This document shows positions 58,036-64,000 of a stretch of 64,000 nucleotides of DNA, one piece after another. Position numbers and translations under genes: made by a program. Each line of letters begins with the position of its first letter. The first letter of the stretch is position 1. The DNA comes from a virus (taxonomy: Duplodnaviria > Caudoviricetes): positions 1,101 through 65,100 of IMG/VR virus record IMGVR_UViG_3300044630_003601; one strand, 5' to 3'. Under the pieces are notes generated by a model. That model did no database searches, was not told the origin of the DNA, and saw only the letters and a program-made list of their open reading frames with translations.

Positions 58036-58695
58036 TTAAAAATGATATACTTTTGTTGGTTTTCGGCATTTAATCTGCCAATCGTGGTTATTAAGCATTT
58101 GAAAGCCATAAGATAGCTTTGATTCAATCTTTTTTAATACCAAGCCTTCATATAGGTCGGTTTTAGATATGTCCTCAAATAGCTTAGAAAAGCCATTCAT
58201 ATAGGTTGGCGCTTTATATATCCCATTAAGGTTGGTGTGGCATAAGTGTTCGTACATCTCCAAGCCATCTTTACCTATTTTACCTCTTTGGCAAGGATAT
58301 GTTTCTTCAAGCAAGTTTATTCTGGTCAATAGGTCATCTCCAATTAGATATTGGTCTGCCCAAACAAGAACATCCCATATAATAAACTTATCCTTTTCTT
58401 TTATGCCATTTTCCCCTAATTTACCCTTGTTAAGATATTCTCCCGTATAAACATACCATTGGTCGGAGTGCGCAAGACCTTTAAAATCTATATCGGGGCA
58501 ATACCAAGACATTGGACTTTTATGCCGGTTATATACATGGACATCAGTACCATTGGTAAAAACAATACAACAAGTTCCATTATACTTTGGTTGCGCCACA
58601 TAATCTCCAATATCAAAATTATATAAGTCTTTGGGTTGTATCTTAAATTCGGGACGTGGCGGGTATATGTAATTGAAATTTAAATAAGGTATCAT
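58036..58695 (-). CDS. minimal ATP-dependent ligase-type nucleotidyltransferase (adenylation domain only)
   Basis: Motif I QPKYNG, NRH, III YTGEY, IIIa IWDVL, IV EGLVLK, V QIKCR. Confidence 0.8.
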   Translation of the reverse strand: MIPYLNFNYIYPPRPEFKIQPKDLYNFDIGDYVAQPKYNGTCCIVFTNGTDVHVYNRHKSPMSWYCPDIDFKGLAHSDQWYVYTGEYLNKGKLGENGIKEKDKFIIWDVLVWADQYLIGDDLLTRINLLEETYPCQRGKIGKDGLEMYEHLCHTNLNGIYKAPTYMNGFSKLFEDISKTDLYEGLVLKKIESKLSYGFQMLNNHDWQIKCRKPTKVYHF

Positions 58696-58868
58696 AGTTT
58701 TTCTAATTCTTTTAATATTTCATAATATTCTTTATAACTTATATCATTTGCCAATGCCAAAATATGAAGCACTTTTAACCCATAATTTTTTGCTTCCCAA
58801 TGTTGATTAGTTCCGAAGGATAATGTATATGAATTATATATTTCTATTGCAGTTTCTTTTGGTGTCAT
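58692..58868 (-). CDS. small MTPKE-type phage protein (58 aa)
   Basis: Hand-translated MTPKETAIEIYNSY...YYEILKELEKL; ATGA overlaps on both sides. Confidence 0.6.
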   Translation of the reverse strand: MTPKETAIEIYNSYTLSFGTNQHWEAKNYGLKVLHILALANDISYKEYYEILKELEKL

Positions 58869-59104
58869 ATAAAATATTTATCAAAAATTTCGTTAAAAAT
58901 ACTTTGCCTATTAGAAGCTACCGAGTTTACTTCTTCAATAAATTCTTCCCATTGGTCATCCTCTATTCGTATGTTCCATTGGTCGGCTAAAGATTGCCAC
59001 ATAATCAAAAAATCTTCCATATCTAAATAGGGCAAATGGTCATCTTTAAACATTACATACATTGTTTCCCTTAACATTTTGTGTTTAGTTATTTTTTTAT
59101 CCAT
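58865..59104 (-). CDS. hypothetical protein
   Basis: ORF track. Confidence 0.6.
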   Translation of the reverse strand: MDKKITKHKMLRETMYVMFKDDHLPYLDMEDFLIMWQSLADQWNIRIEDDQWEEFIEEVNSVASNRQSIFNEIFDKYFI

Positions 59105-59233
59105 TTTATTATTCTTTTAAGTTCAAAAAATAGGTGGGCAGTTAATAGTAGCGTAAGAGCTAATGGTACACAAACAACTATAAAGTAGGTTAATTGTGCT
59201 AAAAAAATTATAATAGCTTTAAGCATATTTATT

Positions 59234-59428
59234 TTATTTAATATGTGGTAATTGGCATATTCTAACTTCAGTAAATTTTTTACCTTCATTATCTTCACAA
59301 TTTTGTATTGCATCTATGTAAAAACTGAATAGGTCGGTTTCATCTCCATTTTCATCACAAGCAGATAGGACTACCCAATCTTCATCATTAAATTCATACA
59401 AGGCGTTTATTAATTCTTTAACTTTCAT
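59234..59428 (-). CDS. hypothetical protein (MKVKELI..L type)
   Basis: ORF track; common small phage protein N-terminus. Confidence 0.6.
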   Translation of the reverse strand: MKVKELINALYEFNDEDWVVLSACDENGDETDLFSFYIDAIQNCEDNEGKKFTEVRICQLPHIK

Positions 59429-59552
59429 TTTTAGTAATTTTAGAGTTTATTAATTCTTCTTCTTCTTCCCAATCGCAATGTTCCATACAATCAGGGCATA
59501 TCCCTATTTCAGGGAAAGTGGTATGTGCGTTACAACAAGTTGAATATGGCAT
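59418..59552 (-). CDS. small zinc-ribbon protein (44 aa)
   Basis: Hand-translated MPYSTCCNAHTTFPEIGICPDCMEHCDWEEEEE... Confidence 0.6.
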   Translation of the reverse strand: MPYSTCCNAHTTFPEIGICPDCMEHCDWEEEEELINSKITKNES

Positions 59553-59556
59553 AAAA

Positions 59557-60141
59557 TTATTTTTTAAGTGCTACAATAGGGTTGATTAATTCAAATACTG
59601 CTTCTGGACTATCATACTGCATCAGGCGGTCAATACTGCCTTTAGCTACTGAAAAGGTCTTTTCTCCGCTAATTAAGTTTCCTTTGTCCAAATCATCAAT
59701 ATCAGGGCAATTAAGAATAAGTTCACTCAATACTGCACCATACTTCTCAACAAGGTCGGCATTGAATTTATAAACTACATTTTCAGCTAATAAGCCATCA
59801 AATTGGGATAAGATACCCGCCTTGTTTTCATCTACAATAGTGTACTTATCCATACAAATAAACATACAAGAATTACCCGTTTCATCTTGTATCTTAAAAT
59901 TATCGGGTGTACTGCGTTGGGTACGATATTCTTTCATAAATAGGTCTTTGCCTACTGCTTTAATATCCCCCTCAATCATTTTAAGTTCTCCGGTAGCGCT
60001 ATCAATCGTTTGCTTGAGTTCTGCATACCTTTGAACTTTGTTGCCCAATAAAGGGCTAGAAATAACCTTTTTATCGGTTTTCTTTGTTGTTTCTTTAACC
60101 TTTGTTGCGGTTGCAAATAGGTTTGTGGTGGTTGTTTTCAT
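59557..60141 (-). CDS. hypothetical protein with coiled coil
   Basis: ORF track; preceded by a TACCTTTA box (60165-72) and the 16-bp motif (60176-91). Confidence 0.7.
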   Translation of the reverse strand: MKTTTTNLFATATKVKETTKKTDKKVISSPLLGNKVQRYAELKQTIDSATGELKMIEGDIKAVGKDLFMKEYRTQRSTPDNFKIQDETGNSCMFICMDKYTIVDENKAGILSQFDGLLAENVVYKFNADLVEKYGAVLSELILNCPDIDDLDKGNLISGEKTFSVAKGSIDRLMQYDSPEAVFELINPIVALKK

Positions 60142-60202
60142 TTTCGTTTTATGTTTTTGAAAAATAAAGGTAAAATAATTAATTTAATTAAAAAAAATAA
60201 TT

Positions 60203-60778
60203 TTATACAAAAGGGTTTATTTCGTGGGTATCTTCGGTGTATTCATCAGTGCCTAAAATACGATACATATCTTTTTCTTCTTCGTATCTTACCTCGTTCC
60301 CATCATCATCTACTTGCATAGGTTCTCCGTATTGCTCCTCCACTTCCTCTCCTTTGACAAATACTCGTCCTGCGAACCATTCTCCCGTTTCCATAAAATA
60401 AAGGTCAAAAATAAGGTCGGGAAACATCTTTGCAACTTGCTTGATATAAGGGATAGCGGGACTCCAAGCGGTGTCAAAATTAATTGTCAATCCGTTTTCA
60501 TCTTCTTCAATATAAGACTCGTGTGCATCCCATTTGCTCCCCCAATTCTCAAATCTCCAATCATACCAATTATCATAGCCATATTTTGCTATTCTATCTG
60601 CCTTTTGTTCGGGTGTTAAGTCCTCACATATTGCAAGTTCTTGGGGCATAGGAATACATCCATCCATAAGAAATATATCTACATCCATTGCGCTTTTAGA
60701 AATAGATTTTTGCTTGAAAATTTCAAGTTGTTCTTTGTCCCCACTAATTTGTAAGGTGTTACTGCACCAATTTGGCAT
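60203..60778 (-). CDS. DUF1281/YubB-like ferredoxin-fold protein
   Basis: MPNWCSN.L...NWYDWR.ENWGSKWD...FDTAWSP. Confidence 0.8.
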   Translation of the reverse strand: MPNWCSNTLQISGDKEQLEIFKQKSISKSAMDVDIFLMDGCIPMPQELAICEDLTPEQKADRIAKYGYDNWYDWRFENWGSKWDAHESYIEEDENGLTINFDTAWSPAIPYIKQVAKMFPDLIFDLYFMETGEWFAGRVFVKGEEVEEQYGEPMQVDDDGNEVRYEEEKDMYRILGTDEYTEDTHEINPFV

Positions 60779-60789
60779 AAAATTTAGTT

Positions 60790-61128
60790 TTAAATTTGAT
60801 TTTTATTTAAGTTATCAATAAGAAATTCTCTATTCTTATTTTCATAAGTTCCGTCAAAATACAATTCAGCAGTAGCATTACCGCTATTATCTTCAATATC
60901 CATATATGTTTCGCAATCAAATAAATGTTCTTGTCCAAGATAAGTTTCAGTATCTCCTAGTTCATCTTTTTTAAATTCCAAGATCATTTGCTTAATTGCT
61001 TCCTCTTTTGATTCTGCGGTAATTGAGTGAAGCTCCCTTACCCAAGTAGTTATCTTTCTTTCTACATTAAAATAATACTGCGTTTTAGCTAATTCTCTTT
61101 CAGCTTTTTCATTGTCAAAAATTCCCAT
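60790..61128 (-). CDS. hypothetical early protein
   Basis: ORF track; ITAESKEEAI motif. Confidence 0.65.
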   Translation of the reverse strand: MGIFDNEKAERELAKTQYYFNVERKITTWVRELHSITAESKEEAIKQMILEFKKDELGDTETYLGQEHLFDCETYMDIEDNSGNATAELYFDGTYENKNREFLIDNLNKNQI

Positions 61129-61133
61129 AAAAT

Positions 61134-61307
61134 TTAATTTAATTGTTCTAAAATATTAGTTTCTTTTTGTGTTTCATATACTAGTTTGTTATAATAAACA
61201 TCAACTAGCAATGCGTTATAATCAATCCCAAGCTGGTCGCATATTGCGTACCAATCATTTATGTTCCTGAAATCATCAGGATAAATAGTAACAAATTTTT
61301 GTGGCAT
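61134..61307 (-). CDS. small hypothetical protein (57 aa)
   Basis: Hand-translated MPQKFVTIYPDDFRNINDWYAICDQLGIDY...; same AAATTTTATG start context as its neighbours. Confidence 0.55.
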   Translation of the reverse strand: MPQKFVTIYPDDFRNINDWYAICDQLGIDYNALLVDVYYNKLVYETQKETNILEQLN

Positions 61308-61312
61308 AAAAT

Positions 61313-61846
61313 TTAATTTAAAAGTTGTTGTGGTATGTTAGTGTTTAATAATCTATATCCTTTATCTGCGTACTTTTCAAGTTTAGATTTTAATGTCATT
61401 TTGAAGCGGTTAGGGTAATGCTCTAATATATCTTGCAAGGGTAAATTGAAGCTAATTGTGAGGTATTCATCATCATTGCCTATAACAATACCTTTACCCA
61501 TTTCTTTGGCTATTTTCTTGTCAAATTTAGCTTTGTCTTTAGCTTTTAAATAGGCATAGAACAAATCATCTAAAAAATGCTCTAAATTCATTTTAATAAC
61601 GCATTTACCATCCTTATATAAGCTACTTTCATACACTAGCGGGGGTAATGATTCGCAATAAGTTTCCATTTGGTGTATTACCTCGTAACTAACCCCACTT
61701 ATCCGATTGTAGCTAGTGCTTCCACCTTTGCCATCATTATTGCAATAACCTACTAATTTGCCATTTAGGTAGATATTAGCTTGAAAGCAAGAAGTTTCCT
61801 CACTTGCCCAATCCGAGTACTTAATGTTTTTTAATTCAATTTTCAT
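61313..61846 (-). CDS. hypothetical early protein
   Basis: MKIELKNIK.....SEET.CF.A.IY.NGK......NDGKGG; ATG start preferred over the track's alternative upstream start. Confidence 0.7.
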   Translation of the reverse strand: MKIELKNIKYSDWASEETSCFQANIYLNGKLVGYCNNDGKGGSTSYNRISGVSYEVIHQMETYCESLPPLVYESSLYKDGKCVIKMNLEHFLDDLFYAYLKAKDKAKFDKKIAKEMGKGIVIGNDDEYLTISFNLPLQDILEHYPNRFKMTLKSKLEKYADKGYRLLNTNIPQQLLN

Positions 61847-62013
61847 TTTAAAATTTTTAGTTTGCACCGATAACCCTTTTAGCTTCGGTAAGTGTTAAAA
61901 AATATTGGTCATTATATTTCCCGCTTTTAGATTGCAAGACATAATAAGTCCCTTTTGCAATAATCCTGCACCATTTGTTTTGATATAAAATTTCAGCCAT
62001 ATCCTAGTATTTT

Positions 62014-62202
62014 TTAAATTGATAAATAATTCTCCCAATAATAATTGTCTATTTCCGTTTTTAAAGCCACTTTCAGGGCTTCAATCTTGTTAAGGACGGG
62101 ATATGGGTTTTTCACTTTGCCCTCTCTTAATTGCTTGTTGAGTGCCTTTATTTGGCTTTGTAGTTTGTTGATAGATTGAATTGGGGTTAGTACTTTTTTC
62201 AT
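62014..62202 (-). CDS. hypothetical early protein
   Basis: ORF track. Confidence 0.55.
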   Translation of the reverse strand: MKKVLTPIQSINKLQSQIKALNKQLREGKVKNPYPVLNKIEALKVALKTEIDNYYWENYLSI

Positions 62203-62350
62203 TTGTTTTATATTTTTGAAAATTAGAAAATATTATTTGAATAAAAAATAAATAAATTCAAGTCCAATGGCTAGGCAAAGGAGAATAAAAAATAAATAAA
62301 TTGGGAGAACATAAAATAAATAAATAAAAAATCTTTTCATTGTTACGAGT

Positions 62351-62599
62351 TTAAATATAAATATTAACTTTATTAACGGGGTTTGTTTTTGTTAGGCTCT
62401 CGGTTGGTTTTAATATATCATAAAACGCTTGGGGAGTGCCTAAACTATTGATAAATTCAACGCGATACAAAATGTGCCTATTTAAGGTATTTATAAAAGT
62501 TTCGCCAATTTCCAGACTTTTGTAATTGTCTTTTTCAATCTTTGCGATTGTTTCGCCTAATGTGTTGATAAAATTAGGTAATTGCCATTTTTGAAGCAT
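62351..62599 (-). CDS. hypothetical early protein
   Basis: ORF track. Confidence 0.5.
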   Translation of the reverse strand: MLQKWQLPNFINTLGETIAKIEKDNYKSLEIGETFINTLNRHILYRVEFINSLGTPQAFYDILKPTESLTKTNPVNKVNIYI

Positions 62600-62660
62600 A
62601 AAAATAAATTTAGGGTTTAAAATAGCGGTTTATACGATACCGCAAAACGGCTTCGGGGGT

Positions 62661-63104
62661 TTAATCTATTTCAGGGGATAAAAGGTAAAATCCACCCCAA
62701 TCTTGGGACATAGGGCAATATTCCGCCTTTATTTTTAGGGCGTAACCTCTCGCATCATAATTGATAAAAAAGCCTTTTAAATTGTTTTTAAATAGCTTTT
62801 GAACTTCTGCCCTCACTTTATCAAGTTTCACTTCACTTTCGGGAAATTCTCCATCCTCCGTACATTGTAGGCGCATTTTCTCAAAGTTCCCGTTTTTGTA
62901 GTCTTGCGGGGTTGGTTCTTGATAGTACCCGTTGCATTGTGCGGTTGTTTCAATAATTGCCAACGCTTCCAATTTTCTTAACTTATTAGACAATTTTTTG
63001 CCCTCCTCAAGTGTCAAGGCTTCGCCCGTTGATTGAGTGTATAAGGCGCAAAGGTTAGAATAATGGCGGTTTAAATTTTCCGCTCTTTGTTGTTTCTTGT
63101 TCAT
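62661..63104 (-). CDS. hypothetical early protein
   Basis: LRKLE.......A.CNG...FINYDARGYALKI......DWGG...L.P. Confidence 0.7.
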   Translation of the reverse strand: MNKKQQRAENLNRHYSNLCALYTQSTGEALTLEEGKKLSNKLRKLEALAIIETTAQCNGYYQEPTPQDYKNGNFEKMRLQCTEDGEFPESEVKLDKVRAEVQKLFKNNLKGFFINYDARGYALKIKAEYCPMSQDWGGFYLLSPEID

Positions 63105-63123
63105 AAAATAAAAATTTGATTTA

Positions 63124-63417
63124 TTAGTAGTTTTCTTGCTTTAATTCTCTTTTTAATGCTTTTATCTTGTTTGCTCTCACGATTGTTTGCGTGTCCTTTA
63201 ATTGCCATAAATGGTTTATATTATCGGAGATTTCGCACTTGTCCTGTAATAGTTCAAATGCTTGGTATTTGTAGTGGTCGCCGTATCCATACTGAAAAGG
63301 TAAAAAATATTTTCTTTCCGATGGTGTGCCGTAATTGATAACAATTTCAGCGGAAAAATAGCTATTGCCATTTATTTTGTCAAACCATTCGCGAGCATTA
63401 ATATCTAAAGTTTTCAT
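63124..63417 (-). CDS. hypothetical early protein
   Basis: EWFDKINGNSYFS.......PFQYGYGDHY. Confidence 0.7.
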   Translation of the reverse strand: MKTLDINAREWFDKINGNSYFSAEIVINYGTPSERKYFLPFQYGYGDHYKYQAFELLQDKCEISDNINHLWQLKDTQTIVRANKIKALKRELKQENY

Positions 63418-63440
63418 TTTTGTTTTATTTATTAGTTTTA

Positions 63441-63470
63441 AAAAGTGGGGCTATATTTCAAGCCCCTTTT
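63441..63470. terminator. hairpin/terminator in the early region
   Basis: AAAA..GGGGCT-ATATTTCA-AGCCCC-TTTT. Confidence 0.55.
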
Positions 63471-63478
63471 ATTGTGTT

Positions 63479-63751
63479 TTATTTTGTTATTACTGAAACA
63501 TTGTAAAGGTCATTACCTTGTAAGCGTTCAAAGCTATCTAGTAAATAATCCCCGCTATTTTTTAATATTTTACATTTTGCGCCGTATACGTCGCCGTTGT
63601 ACTCTTTTAACTCTTTGCCCATATTAGCTTGAATTAGTTGGTTTTTGTCCCATATTAAATAAGGGTTTCCAATTACTTCAAAAATGTGTCCGTAAAAAAT
63701 AAACTTTTCGCCGTTGTTTAGTTCTTTAATTTGTTTTTGTGTAGTTTCCAT
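63479..63751 (-). CDS. hypothetical early protein
   Basis: ORF track; first gene of the leftward block. Confidence 0.6.
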   Translation of the reverse strand: METTQKQIKELNNGEKFIFYGHIFEVIGNPYLIWDKNQLIQANMGKELKEYNGDVYGAKCKILKNSGDYLLDSFERLQGNDLYNVSVITK

Positions 63752-64000
63752 AAATACTAATTTTTGTTAGTTTTTTAATGTTGTTGTTTTGCTATCGCCC
63801 CACAATATTAATATAACTTTGTGTAAATTAGAACAACAAAAAACACTTTAACAAAACTTTAACATATCCAAATAAATACTAATACATCCCCCCCCAAATA
63901 CCCCCCACCAAGCAAAGAGCAAGAGAGAGAAACCAACCGCAACCAACCAACCGCAAAGGGATTGCAAGAGCCAAGCCAAAGACCACCAACCCCACCACCA

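Noticed and set aside
59545-63115. Repeated AATTTTATG / ATTTTATG context before early genes as a special regulatory repeat
   Set aside because: Consistent with ordinary A/T-rich, SD-less Bacteroidota translation initiation
1-64000. Stop-codon reassignment as in some crAss-like phages
   Set aside because: Genes are full length and densely packed in the standard code; TAG and TGA end genes normally
1-64000. tRNA, rRNA, integrase or transposase
   Set aside because: No cloverleaf, rRNA-like stretch or recombinase motif was recognised by eye; a tRNAscan/Infernal run would be needed to be sure. Lifestyle cannot be determined from this window.

Overview
The whole window looks like one AT-rich tailed-phage genome segment in the standard genetic code. 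The host is probably Bacteroidota: TAnnTTTG -7 promoter boxes, A/T-rich starts without Shine-Dalgarno, and a BT4734-type primase domain. The head and tail gene order resembles podovirus/crAss-related phages, but I saw no virion RNA polymerase motif. Layout: (1) leftward ninG and small genes; (2) HTH regulator, replication initiator, primase-helicase, SSB; (3) GroES-like protein, TerS/TerL, portal, scaffold, major capsid; (4) tail ring and muzzle-like genes plus GroES; (5) cupin, ejection/internal proteins and ferritin; (6) two Gly-Thr-Ser collagen-like fibres with S74 chaperones, each followed by a tip/adhesin gene; (7) a 7-kb glycosylation island; (8) an elaborate lysis cassette; (9) leftward early genes. 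The most striking signal is an apparent phage-encoded protein O-glycosylation system. Enzymes resembling protein Ser/Thr glycosyltransferases (a TibC/Aah-like domain in a four-domain enzyme, and a plant HPAT/SERGT-like enzyme) sit next to Pro-free (G-T-S)n collagen-like fibres, and six virion-associated proteins carry mucin-like poly-Thr stalks displaying shuffled Cys-rich mini-domains. All family assignments come from motif recognition by eye; no database search was run.
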